Assembly: GCF_902652985.1 (NCBI RefSeq)
Contig: NC_047017.1
Span: 47,058,001 to 47,122,000 of the forward strand
DNA length: 64,000 nt
DNA from: Pecten maximus
Lineage: Eukaryota
Direction: 5' to 3'
Position numbers and translations under genes: made by a program. Under the pieces are notes generated by a model. It was not told where the DNA came from, ran no database searches, and was given only the letters and a program-made list of their open reading frames with translations. Below, piece by piece: positions 40,218 to 53,191 of the stretch. Each line of letters begins with the position of its first letter. Position 1 is the first letter of the stretch.

Positions 40218-40816
40218 TGCGCAATACTATGATTTTTAGTCTCTGTATTTATCACCCAACAGTGCAGTGACACGACCTTGTTGTGTTTATGAACAAATTG
40301 TTTACATATGATATGTAAATTGCCGTTAGGTTTAATATGTAATTGGTTTAAAACGTATGTTGTATCAAGCTGTACCTGCTTCTGGCAATAACGGTTAAGG
40401 TAATGTATTTGTGTAACTGAATCGATATACCTGGATTTGTATGTACATACCTTTTACCTGCCTGATAATCGTGATGAGATGCTATAACACTACCAGTGTG
40501 TTTAACAAACGTCGTTATGCACGCAGATATCACTTAAATCAGAGATGAAAGGATGCCTTGTTTTATATTGTATGGTTTTTAGGTATATTGACAAGTAAAG
40601 CCGAGATGGAAGGAAACAGACCTCTTTCACATTAATTCCAAGATATTGTACAATTGGAGCACGTCATTGCCGTAAGCATAATATCTTATCTAGGACAAAT
40701 GTATCTAACAAATATAAAAACATATTGGTGTCATGATCCATGCGCCTGATTGTTATCAGTTATTATAATGACAACAATCATGACATAGAAATGAATGCCA
40801 TTTTATATTGATATTT

Positions 40817-41100
40817 AAATATATACCGTTATATAGAAATATATACCGTTATACAGAAATATATATCGTTATACAGAAATTCATCCTTTTATAAAGAAAT
40901 ACATACTGCTATAGAATTAAATACCGTTATATAGTAATAAACATCGTTAACATCAATACATACTTTTATAAAGACATTCGCTGTATAGAAATATATACCA
41001 AATACACACCGCTTTATATAAATTTAATCCGTTCTGTATTAGAATATACAATCACACAGAAATATATTCCGTTCTGTAGAAATACAAAATATTCTATAGA
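40817..41100. repeat. Degenerate 20-bp tandem repeat
   Basis: AAATATATACCGTTATAYAG repeated, decaying rightwards. Confidence 0.7.
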
Positions 41101-41629
41101 AAATTATACGTTGTGGACATTGCACTGAAAAAAGTGTTTATACATGTATGATAGATGAATATTCATGCTGTTTTCAAATAATTTGTGTACAGATAATCAG
41201 GATTTGATTGCGATTAAGATAGAACAAATATATATATATATAATACATAAATGTTTGAAACGGCTATTACCATCGGGTGGAATGATAATCTCTTAATGCA
41301 TGCAAAATGAATGAATTGCTGTTTAACAGTACATGTTAACTTCCTGAAATATCAATAATTCAGTACCGATAAAACCAATCGACACTATCATACTAATAAA
41401 TACTCATTTAAAATGATCTCACCATCCACTGTTAAACATAACCGTTTTCATGTTAGCCAAACATAACATTTAAAAAGCGCGAAAAGATAGCAGTTAGTTA
41501 ATGTAGTTTGAAATGAAATTCATTTCGCCAAGACATAAAGAAGATCCACATTCATCCCATTCTAAAGAATATCCATATCAATCCCAAAAAAATATTAGCA
41601 ATTATCATATATTTCCAATCCTTCTAAAC

Positions 41630-41812
41630 AGAAGCAATCGTCCTATCCTACCCATCCACTACCACCACCCAAGACAAGAACAATCGTCACAACCATCCTA
41701 TCCAACCCACCATCTACTACTGCCCATAACAAGAACAATCGTCACAATCACCATACCCAACCCACCTTCTACCACCATCCAGACAAGAAAAATCGTTATA
41801 ATCACCATCCAT
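41630..41812. repeat. Degenerate ~54-bp C/A-rich repeat, ~3 copies
   Basis: CAAGAACAATCGTCACAA-like block at ~41675, ~41730 and ~41784. Confidence 0.65.
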
Positions 41813-42057
41813 CAATCATTGTTGTCATACTCGAAATCCTCAACACTAATTTGTATATTCGGGTATGTGGGACAGTAATTTAATACACAGTGTAAGTATC
41901 TATGTATGGTGTTAGATACCAACAGACACTTTATAAAAGTTTCTTTCTGTTAACTTTCTCAGTCTGCAGTTTGTTGACAGATTATATATAACATGTCCAA
42001 ATTACTTGAACTGTTTCCAAAGAAAAGCAAAACAAAAACAAAAACATTTCGGTGTTA

Positions 42058-42215
42058 AAATGTAAACTTGATTTATTTTACAACAATTGCGAAAAAAAGT
42101 TATATTAACTTATATTAATCACGCTTGTTGGCCCGGATGGAAGCGCGCGAGGGGTCTTACTGTGAAAGGAAATCGGAGTACCCGGAGGAAACCCACGTGG
42201 TCGGGCAGGTGACCC
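42058..42215 (-). mobile_element. 5'-truncated V-domain-type SINE with 13-bp TSD
   Basis: GGAAATCGGAGTACCCGGAGGAAACCCACGTGG core; flanked by CATTTCGGTGTTA at 42045-42057 and 42216-42228. Confidence 0.85.
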
Positions 42216-43509
42216 CATTTCGGTGTTAGATTTTATATCACGGGTAGAGAATAAATTTACACAGAAAGGAGGTTGCAAGTAAAAGAAAAAATATTGTAAA
42301 ATAATCTAATACAGTAATCATTCTAATACATATCAGGACGAGTAGAGGGGTTTAATGCAGTGAAATACGTCCAACATATGAATAATACCATGGTTAATTG
42401 ACAGAGCGTCTGTAGGGCATAAAGAATCACAAGCATACGCTCACATACCATATTCTTATTTTGTGTTCTTGATGTCTACAGACAAAAAGCCTTTCAGGAA
42501 CACATTTAAAGTACTGTCCCACTGAAATGTCATAACTCCTATACAACGTCATGACCCCTTAACTGGTCATTTGTTTTCTGCCCATGGAGTAACCAGCTTA
42601 TTAATGGCCTCGGGCGTCGCAGCCGAAAACTAATACACATAAAAGACACGAAGATAGAATGTGTCTCTATGGCTGCAATGAGATCAGCTAATCAGTTTGA
42701 TCTCTCCAATGTCCCGGCAAGACAGAGGGGAACCCCTTGTTTTATAGGAGGCCTAACATTAGTCGCCTAATACGATCATAAACCGAGTATTCAGCAGGTA
42801 TGATATCCCCAAACCTTGCTACGATCACATGGAGTAACAACCGTCATAGTCCACAACAAACAAACAAAAAGCATAAAAATGGAGTAAAACAGTAATAAGG
42901 CAATGTGCAGCAGACAAGAAAAAATATTCAACTTGATACACTGCCCATATCAAATATTTCTGTACATGGTGTTTAAACGAGCCCATTCAAATTATAACTG
43001 TGTCTGTCAAGATGAACAAATGATGGCTCCGATAGATATGAAAATATAAGCGTTTGTTGCTTTCTCCCATATGCATTTTCTCACACCATTCACGTCTTAA
43101 TTGCTTAAGTATTCATTTCAGAATAATTTGTATGCAGGAGGAATCGAGAACATGTAAAAGCCGAGGAAACCATTTACCTTAATATTGTGTATATACATAT
43201 GAGTGTGCATATAATAAAACAATTTATATGATCAGCTATGTTTTATGTATAATTTACAACAAAATAGTGTTGCAGTAGGAATGATTTATCATCATTTTAT
43301 GCTGCAGAAATTGGAAAACAGCAAGTACAACAGAAAGTGATATAAATTGGTTTACATGGTAGATATTTTACATACGAAGTTTGAAACTAAATGTTATAGT
43401 TTGGATACATTTCCAAACAGACACTTTCTAATTAATGTAGAAGTTTGTAAACATTTTTTCAAAAGGGAGTTTATAATATGTTTGTAGACTTAGTCCAACA
43501 GTGTTTTAT

Positions 43510-43690
43510 ATAAAAACTGTACTACAGAAAGTTGTTTAAATGTTTAAGATTGTAAAACATTGTACAACAGAAAGATATCTAAATGTTTAAGTTCGTGAAA
43601 ACTGTACAACAGAAAATTATCTAAATGTTTAAGTTTATAAAATCTGTACAACAGAAAGTCGTCTAAATGTTTAAATTGATAAACTTTGCG
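43510..43690. repeat. Degenerate ~42-bp tandem repeat, ~4 copies
   Basis: CTGTACAACAGAAAG..TCTAAATGTTTAAG repeated. Confidence 0.75.
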
Positions 43691-44699
43691 CAACAAATTT
43701 ACTATACAAGAGAGTTGTATAGCGAATGTTGTCAGAGTTATACATTATAATACAGAAGTAAACTCCGTTAACTGAAGTTTGTATACCATATAAGGCAAAT
43801 TGTTTAAATATAATGTTTTTAATCTGCTATAATACAAGATGGTATCAGATTTTATGAAACACAAACAATAGAAAACACAATAAAATATTGATTATCAATA
43901 CCATGTTCACCTACTAAGAGATAAATCTAACTCAAAGCGTGCAAAGAATTGTCATTTCTTTAGTAAAACAATTAAGGCAATGATGCTATTTATTCAAACG
44001 TTTAACTCTGAACACAGCATCACTTTACTTTTATGATTCTGTACTCGTTTGGATGAACACAAATATTATTTAATCTCTGATAAAAGCCCCTCCAAAGGAA
44101 TAATAAAAAAAATCGGTTCCTTTGAAAGAAAATCATTTTAGTAATTACAGACGACATAATGTTTTAAAGATGACGAAGAAAAAGACAGATATAATCAAAC
44201 TTTTCATGAATAAGAAGAAACAAAACAGATTTTTTTGATAACATTTTTATTTTCAATCCTGGTTTTGTCATTGCGACTGTCTTTAGGCCGCCTCTAAAGC
44301 ACACAACCAAAATGTCACTGCCATTCATCTTCGGCATGGTGTGGAAGTAATAAAGATTCAATTTTACCTGATATACCATCTGTAATAACATTAGTTCTAT
44401 TCGGAAACGTTTTTAAGTTCAACAGTAGGAAACAATTATGCATTGTATCCGTAAATTACTTGACATTGGCTCAAACCAAAGGCCATCGTTCTTGTAAGAG
44501 ATTATTCAAGCACATTGCAAAACTAACGTTGTCTTTAGGACTAGATTGTCTCTACGTCAACCTTGCCTTCTGTCCGTCTTTTCACAAAAATCTTTTAGAA
44601 TTTCTAAATGTGATTTCTCAAACCTGATAAGAGCGTGTGCTCTCTTGTACCATACCTCGTGGCCTCCATTTTCTCTGGCAGTATTTGATGTTTAGTATA

Positions 44700-45100
44700 G
44701 AGCGACCGCCATCTTGTTTGTTGGTATGATATTATAGATATGCAAATTTTCCCGACGGGAAATCTTGTCATGCTTCATAAAATTTACGGCATCTCTATGT
44801 AGAGAAAGTGTTAGGAAATTTGTCACCGCCGCTGGCAATGAAAGCGAAAATCTACACCTTCATATTTGCTTATAATCTTAGGGGCGTGTCCGCGTTACTA
44901 TTGATGTTTACCGTGCTGTTTTCCTATTGGTCAAAACTACACATCAATCTAACATGGCGGACAAAAGCGAAAGGAGAATTTTGACAAGCCTTGGGATAAT
45001 CCTTTATTTGGATGTTGGGGTATTTTTTTAACTAATGGATAGGGCCGTGATGATATTATTAAATGACAATAAAAGCAGTGGTATCGCTGTTTCTCGGCAT
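44700..45100 (+). promoter_or_regulatory. Candidate gsc proximal promoter
   Basis: YY1-type motifs CCGCCATCTT (44706-44715) and AACATGGCGG (44951-44960), octamer ATGCAAAT (44740-44747), GC-box GGGGCGTGTC (44881-44890), inverted CCAAT (44926-44930) and K50 site TAATCC (44997-45002). Followed by ~310 nt with no ATG up to the gsc start. Confidence 0.5.
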
Positions 45101-45373
45101 TGGTTGAAAAGACGGTTCGTTACCTTCGACACGCCATACTTGTCTTTACACGGGCCAAGGTGTTGATTCTCAGACGTACTATAACGGGTGTACACAGACT
45201 TCAATTAGTACCCGACAGACAACACTGGGAGATACATCACCTTATACAACCAGCGAGCAGTTTGTGTTATTCTTACCTAGTCAGAGTTCAAAACTTTTCA
45301 CGTTGGAGACATCAATTTATTCTGGATTTCTTCCTTTCTGAAATAGTTTGTCAGTGTTTGGACTATTAACACC

Positions 45374-45572
45374 ATGCATCACCTGCCGTATTATTACACA
45401 TCTGAACAGATTAAATCCTACCAGAACAGTATGTTAGCGGCGGCTGCTGCTTCCGGGAACCAGTCTCTTTTCACCATAGAGAGTATTCTGGCTCCTCGAC
45501 CCCTTCTTGCCCATAGGCCATCTCCTTACTTCCCATACCCTAGCCTACACCACTCGGCACAGGACATCTTTG
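45374..45572 (+). CDS. gsc: Goosecoid homeobox protein, coding exon 1 (N-terminus with eh1/GEH motif)
   Basis: ATG in ACACCATGC context. Encodes MHHLPYYY...AAAAA...SLFTIESILAP; FTIESIL is an eh1 Groucho-binding motif (45470-45490). Ends at a strong donor G|GTAAGT in phase 1, matching the exon 2 acceptor phase. Confidence 0.88.
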
Positions 45573-48500
45573 GTAAGTAGTTTTGTCAAAATTGCTTTTC
45601 GTGAACGGCCAACTAAAAGCATTATTTTGCTTCTCTTTTACATTCCATTTGTTTTTCAATTTTGTTAATTTTTTAAACGCGATAACCTAAATATTCCATT
45701 TTAAAATGTTTTCCATATAAATTTTGTTTGAAATTAATAAACTTGAAAGATACATATTTTAATTATTCCAATTATAATTCTGCTATAAATTTTCAGGCGT
45801 GTGATCACTCTAATAAATGTTTAAGGTTTACGCCGGGGTTTAATACATAATGATATAAATATTTGATGAAAATTCAAATAAAAGTTCTAAATATGTTTTT
45901 ATTTCATGTGTTTTGAACATGATAAGATTCCTCGTAAAATCGCTACTAGCTTGCCACATGTTTCTGAATTAAAAATGGAAAGGCCGTTAATAAAAATTGT
46001 AGAAAACAAATTGATATACTTTTTATCAACAACAAATTTTAATGTATTATTGTCAACACTCAATATTTAACATGAATAACGTATTATTAGGCTTTATTTC
46101 ATTTGACAAAAATTCAATAAACCTTGAAAAATGATATCTTAAAAAATAGAACATATTTACAGGTGAGTTTCTTTACAACAAAAATATCAAATTACATTTG
46201 ATCTACATAGGTTTGTAAAAGTTTTTAGAATTCACAGGGTGTTTTTTTCTCCTAACAGTAATTACATGCATGTCTATGGGAAATTCATCTTGGCGGACTA
46301 ATGACGTCTTCAGCAATTTTACGTATTGTTTTACCAGAATACATATAAATTCGTTTTAGCCGTATTAAGTTTCTGTCTTAAGATGGTATGATCGGGGTTA
46401 GAGGAATAACGCGGAATCATATATCGAGAAATTAATGGGTTTTGCGAGCCAATATTTCCTCCAATTCCACTTGTTTTTTCTATGGATTCCTTAGCCTTTT
46501 CGGTCCGTTCAAGTCGAGCTTCCTAGCGTTCAGTTTTTCTTATTACCTTTAATTTGAGATTCCTTTGAAATGACGGAGATGTGTGCTTCGTTGTAGCATT
46601 TAGATTCTGTCATATGAAATATTCGATGTTGCGAGATTTTTATGATTGCATTCTTCTTAAAAAATCTTGTAATTATGAGGTGATTTTGTTTGGAAGCTCA
46701 AATATTTCCTTTTTTCCCCTTTTTTAAGAAATTGATATAGTTTTATACACAAACAAAACGCGCAACAAAGGACAAACTTTCCACTGTAAGATGACATGGA
46801 CTGGACTGAGATATAGGTGTGAGAGTGAATGTAGTGGGAGGCGTACTATCATTGCCTCACACCCCGGTTATTGTTAACATGATACAGATCTTGTAGCCTT
46901 AAGTATCTAATTTACAAATTAGATTAACATGGCGAACAATGACCAGATGACCTTAGGAAGGCACTATTGTGTTGGAGTGAATCTTGCGACGGGTAGACAG
47001 ATGACTCGATGAATTGAAGTGACAGGTGAGCTATACAGGTAGCCACACGACGTATTGTGACGTGACTCCCCCTTATCACTAAAGCACTATCTCCCCATCT
47101 CTACCCGCCGTCCTCTTCTATAATACCGATATTTTGTGAATGTTTTCTTTGGCGAATACTGTGAAATTAGACAAGGAAAACGTAGGCAACTTTAAATATA
47201 TGATAATATAGAGTAACTTTTATCTAGCGGAGTGTTTCTTCACATTGAATTAACAAAATCTAGCCCTTCTTTCAACCTCTCCTTTCTATGATATTTGATA
47301 ATATGGGTTTATGTTTTAATGGGGAAAAATTAACAAGATCTAAATAAAATCACGAAGCATTTAATAAAGCTGGATGAGTTGACTAGAGGAGAAAAGGTGG
47401 TAAAATATCTATTTTATTTAGTTGGTTTAAAAATATCTTACTGCTTCTTAAAATCAAGCTAGAGGTTGGGCACAATTTGTGATAATTTGCAGATTAATTA
47501 TTTGACAAAAAATTAACTTAAGCTAAGAATGGATGTGAGAATGATTTTATTTCAAATTTAGGATCTTTTCTAAATATTACTATATAATTTAAGGTAGCAC
47601 TGCCATACTGATATATTTGGTATTAAAGATTGATAGAATAATGTCATTGAGTAACATATATTGTACATGTTTGGTTCAGGGAAATTCTGAAGACCAATTG
47701 ATTTTAAAATAAAATGGTACAATATATTTCCCATTACAAAAATTACAAAATTTGAGAAGCGACATGAATGGTTATAATATGACAGAAATCCAAAGTGTAA
47801 AATAGTTCTCAAACATTTTCTTGGTATTTCAAAATCTCATTATAAAATACACCCAAAAAAATTAACAAATATAGATAAATGAGATAATAAATAATGTTAA
47901 ACATACCTTGAATAGATAACTAATTTATTTACAATATTCCTGAAAGGAAATACTGTTTATTTCTCATTAAACTAGATACTATTTAATTAAGTTCGAATGT
48001 TATATAACGTACTTTGTATATCAGCCATGTATGCACATCAAGTCATTAGTATCTTTAACAGATAGATAAAACAATCTGGTATATTTCTAACATATTAAAA
48101 ATGATCTGTGCTACTTCTCCAAGAAACGCCCCTCTTTCCGTTATTTATATGTTTATAAGAAAAACAATATATTTATAATTATTCACTTTTTTAAAATTTA
48201 TACACTCCACGACGTGGGTCCGACCACTTACTTCTTTACTATTCCATAAAGTATTGAGATTAGTAAATGTGGTATTTACTTTGGGGAGAAAATTTTTCTG
48301 TATCATAACTCGAACAATTTGGAAATGCTGAAACACACCGAAAAACATTAGTCTTCAAAACTGTATTCCTACAGAATAGTAACAACATAAACTTACCTAC
48401 AAATTACTTTTTAAAGTAAATAATAAAAGAAATGTGATGTGACCCTCTTTCTCATTAGCATTCATTCTAAAATTTAAAGATAAAAAGACTCAGACACTTC

Positions 48501-51500
48501 TGCAAAAAAAAATTGTATTCAATAAGTTAAAATCTGTCGTTCAATGTTATAACAAACACTCGCCTATGTGTATGGATATGTAATCCTAATAATATACTTA
48601 CCTATTAAATACATTATATCAAAATACCTGGTCAATGCACCGCCATAAACAAACATAGATCTACGGAGGTTCCCATTAATATTGATTTGGCGGTGTCTTT
48701 CATCAAGCGGCGTTCTATACTCTACTTTCCTGGAAATTATATCTGTATACATTAGAAGCGAGTTAATCTTTACACCGTTTTAATCCGGTAACCAGATTAG
48801 CACGCCCTCTAGCGGATTAATAAAACTGTATGCTATAGCGTCACGCCTTTACATAATGGCTATCTTAATTTGACTATATTTCGGGGACCGTTTTATAGAT
48901 GATATACATTAAGTATAATAGATCTATACATTTGTGATGATATTAATTATATATCTAGACTCTCTTGGAAGATTAAGAGGTTAAGATCTGAAGATGTTTC
49001 CCGATTTGGTGTAATTTTAACATAAACACTTTACACAGTGAATGAAATTAAGAAGATAATAATTATGCGATTTTGTACAATAATGAAATAGGAATGTAAT
49101 GAACAATCCGGATTTCCATCCAAATATTCAAGTAAACATTAACATGTTTTTGCTTTCAGCTATTATACACATTTAATGAACGTTTGAAATAAACATTATA
49201 AATATTTTGACAAATGGTTTAAAAGTAAAACTCTATTGATAGGATTTAAAAAGTCCCGATTTTTTGCCCACTTGTCACTTGCATATTAATTATAATAAAT
49301 ATATAAAACAATTATACTTATTACTATTCACTTTGATACAAGGATTTACCGTGACGTGAATAAGATGAATTTCTTGAATATAAAGCAGGAAGTTAATGAA
49401 CGTGATGTTTACTATAGTGATACATAACTCCCTAAGAGGTCCAATTGGACTCAAACGTGAGGATTTAAAATAAGTATGAATACAAATGTGCTTTATAAAT
49501 GTGTACTAATAATTTACAAAGACAGCAATTTTAAATCAAAGCATGCTTTTATTCATTAAAACGATAATTTTTTTCGTAACATTTTAATTATCTCGTTACA
49601 ATTTAATTAATAAAAATTGTATTTTAGAAATTTGAAGAATATAGTGCGCATAATAAACTCTATACCAGTTTAGTTCAGAACTTTTCATGTAGAAATATTA
49701 ATTCAATTGCAACAATAATAAATGCTATGAAGACAGATTGAAAGATATATTAAAGAATCAGAGATCCATTCAGTCAAGATTTTCATTCATATGTTTTTCA
49801 AAGACGTTTTATTCGGTTTTGACGTAACAGTCATGTGGCTCCTAGCCGAGCGATGGTTTGTTGTTACAGCTAAAACTACGTAAACGGTATCGCATTAGGT
49901 TAATCCGGAATCAGTCAACGCTTACCGTGTAATCCCTTAGATTATAGCCTGATTAGGTAATAATTAGAAAAACAACCACGGTGAATTCCGGATAGTTTAT
50001 TCAGCCTTGGAACGATTAATCTGACGAACAAAACCTAAACCATTTAAAATTGAATAACTTTAAAGTAGCAGAAATATTAAATAAAGGAAATATTTTTCTG
50101 ACTTTTTAAGCGATTAAGTAGATATTCGTATGGCTCAAATCGTCTGGAAATATTCGGTTCAATTCTGATTTTCTTACGAATCAGAACGAACGTTTTGCGT
50201 GTACTTAGTGCTGTTAGGCGTTAAAAATAAATGAATCCTTATATGAGAATGCTTTGAGAAGGTGCTATAATTGGAAACGTAAGGCCTACAGGTACACCGA
50301 CCTAACACGGACTTTGTTTGGGTATCGTTAGGGCTACTCTCACGGAAATGTCAAACACTATTATATTTTCAACGTTTTTAATCATATCTTAATAAATAAA
50401 GTTTTAAATAAAAGACCCAAATTAATATATATCGAAGGGAAATGTCTAACGTTTTATATTTAATGAAATCCGACCGGGTGCTGACATCCATGAGAAGACA
50501 ATCTGGATCTGGTTGGATATAGAGGACCGCTTGCGTGCGTCTGAAACATGACCTCTATTTTACAGTATCTCTACACGGCGACAATCACCGTGTCGGTGTC
50601 GAACAGTTAACGAGATCTCCTGTTTCAACGCGATAGAGTTTCCACATAACTTTCAACAATGGCGGAACACGAGCATATTATGTCCTGATTTGTAAGCGTG
50701 AGTTTATCAGGAGAGCACAGTTACCGCAACAATGGCCAACACACCGCCGGAATATCATTTTACAGACGTTTAACGGGACAAATAGGTGTAGAAATGAATG
50801 CAAGTTTTAAGATGAAATTATGTACAAAAAAATTGTTATTGTAAATCTACCTCGTTGTATCATTAATTATCCCATTTCTCTAACACGGAAGAGATCAAAG
50901 ATTTCAGGTGTATGCATTACTTCAAAAGATAAAAAAAAAATATGAATTTGGATTATTTTGATTTTGTGTGTTATTATTTAAGCGTGGGCGAATTTGACTT
51001 GCATCACTGGAGCACACCCGCTGTACTGAAGTCTCGTAGCCTTACGTAAACCTATATTAGATGTTCTCTAAATAATTCAATAACTTATGCGGGGTTTCAT
51101 TGCTTTTACATCATATGCTTGTTGTCATAATTAGCTATATAAAACTGCTTCAAATTCAACAACATAACAAATTCTCAGATAAGGTCTCATTGTTCCAATT
51201 ATACATAGAGTTGCTTCCCCTCCCATAGCAAAAAAATACTCCCCCAGGCAAATATTTGTCGTTGTATCTCGAATTTTTATATTTCATAAACTTATCCCAA
51301 TCAGCTGAGATACTGCGAGGCGTGTGTGATACTCGGCACGGTATATGGTACTACCTACATCTATAGATCAAAGGCTGGGAGTTACTGTACATTAAAATGA
51401 ATACGAAATGAATGTAAACCATGAAATTGGCTGGCACAAATTACTTGGATAGAGTAAAGTATATAACCATATTTTAACTCATGAAAGAGTAATAGTAGCT

Positions 51501-52985
51501 GCTATAGATTATAAAGAACACTTCGCAAAGTCGTTCAACGTTGATGATAAACATCAAATATGTATATATACCTACACTTTTTTTTCTGTACACGGATATA
51601 GAAAGTTAACCGGGATGTATATATACAGTGAAACCACTAAACTAAAGCATTGTCTTCCTCCATCCAGCTACGAGGGTGGTCATTCAGGCCTAGATTGTCT
51701 CCCTCCATCCACGAGGGTGGTCATTCAGGCCTAGATTGTCTCCCTCCATCCATGAGGGTGGTCATTCAGGCTTAGATGGAGGGACTGTTGTTATCGACAT
51801 TATAATTGTTTATGATCAAATCATCCCAGATTCTGAGAAATTCATTCCATAACTTATACAATCGATCGTTAAGACCATTGGCTTTGAGACACGTGGCGAT
51901 ATTTCGGCGAGATAACACTATACAGTGTTACAGTAGTTATCTGTAAAACTTTACACGGTTGCGGTATGTGTAGTCATACTACCCAGTTTCAACTACATTC
52001 TCGGGGTCGTAAAATATAATAACAGGGATTCAATTCATAAATAACATTCACACGAGGAGATACAGTTTATTAAACGTGTTAATTGCCATGAAAACTGACA
52101 TTATCCCTAGCGTGACAGTAACAGGTACGATTGGGCGTTACAGACCTAGCTCGTGTTGAGTAATACCTAACAGAATATGTATACAGGTGTAAACACTTTA
52201 ACATTGCTTAAACTATTTTGTGTTAGAATCGGTGAAGTGTTTAGTAAAAGCGAGGTGCGTAGCCGCAGATGCCTGACGACAAACCACAGCTGCTCCTTAG
52301 CCGATACCATCTACTACTACGTGTATCCTATGGAAAACTATACATAATTTCTATTAAATGTCTACGAGTTTGTTTTGAAATAGTATAAGCATGATATGAA
52401 ATAAATTCTCTCACGTCGTGAAATGCAATTTTGCTTCAAACATAAAATAAAATGTTAAACAAGCTAAATAATTTATTAATAGACCAATGATGCGCAAATT
52501 TCAATTGCTCTATATGAAGTTTTAAAACGGTTTGACAGGGCGTGCATTCGGTAAAACACCTTAATACCTATTAAATATATAATTAATGCCATTTTCTCCA
52601 TCGACAAAATTGAAATAAGGAATGCGTTTACCACGAGTAAGGATAGGTTAATTTAAACCGATAACTCACCCCTTTGACATGGAATACTTCCTTTAGCATT
52701 CAAGAAAATACTTGACAGCCCCTCTCATCGTTTTAGATTCCGAATATACGCTAATCATTTTACACGACAGTTACGTTAGAACGTTTTAACTGTCCGCCTG
52801 AAGCACTCTTTATAACACCATACGGTTAATGCAGGGCCTATAAACGATGAGGATATTGTAAAATAGAATCGACTCTGTTGAATACCTGTACAATCTGTTT
52901 GGTGTTTGAACCATGCATTTCTTAATCTGCATTAAAATCACGATATTTAAGTTTTATTGAATGATTGTTTTGTACGTGTTCGCAG
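45573..52985 (+). other. gsc intron 1 (7.4 kb, GT-AG)
   Basis: GTAAGT donor and CAG acceptor; phases compatible. Confidence 0.85.
51650..51776. repeat. ~41-bp tandem repeat, 3 copies, in gsc intron 1
   Basis: TTGTCTCCCTCCATCCACGAGGGTGGTCATTCAGGCCTAGA. Confidence 0.9.
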
Positions 52986-53191
52986 CTGCTGCATACAACC
53001 CTTTTCCCGGTCTGATGAACCCAGCTGATCTCGCACGTGCAGGCCAAAAGCGGAAACGACGTCATAGGACAATTTTCACAGAGGAACAGTTAGAAGATTT
53101 GGAAGCCACCTTTAATAAAACACACTATCCCGATGTCCTACTGAGGGAAGAATTGGCAATGAAAATAGACTTAAAGGAGGAAAGAGTTGAG
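52986..53191 (+). CDS. gsc: Goosecoid coding exon 2 (homeodomain residues 1-46)
   Basis: Acceptor TTCGCAG| in phase 1. Encodes ...[50 protein letters not shown]; RRHRTIFT and YPDV..RE are Gsc-typical. Donor GAG|GTAAAT falls between homeodomain codons 46 and 47, the canonical PRD-class intron position. Confidence 0.96.

Noticed and set aside
45100-45369. 89-codon ORF ending just before the gsc ATG
   Set aside because: Begins at TTG, contains no ATG and shows no recognisable homology; more likely 5' UTR
51622-51790. Tc1/pogo-type MITE (TACAGTGAAACC start) around the 41-bp triplication
   Set aside because: No convincing matching right TIR
52961-52985. ATG at 52961 as the gsc start codon
   Set aside because: Lies within the intron acceptor region; using it would omit the eh1 exon
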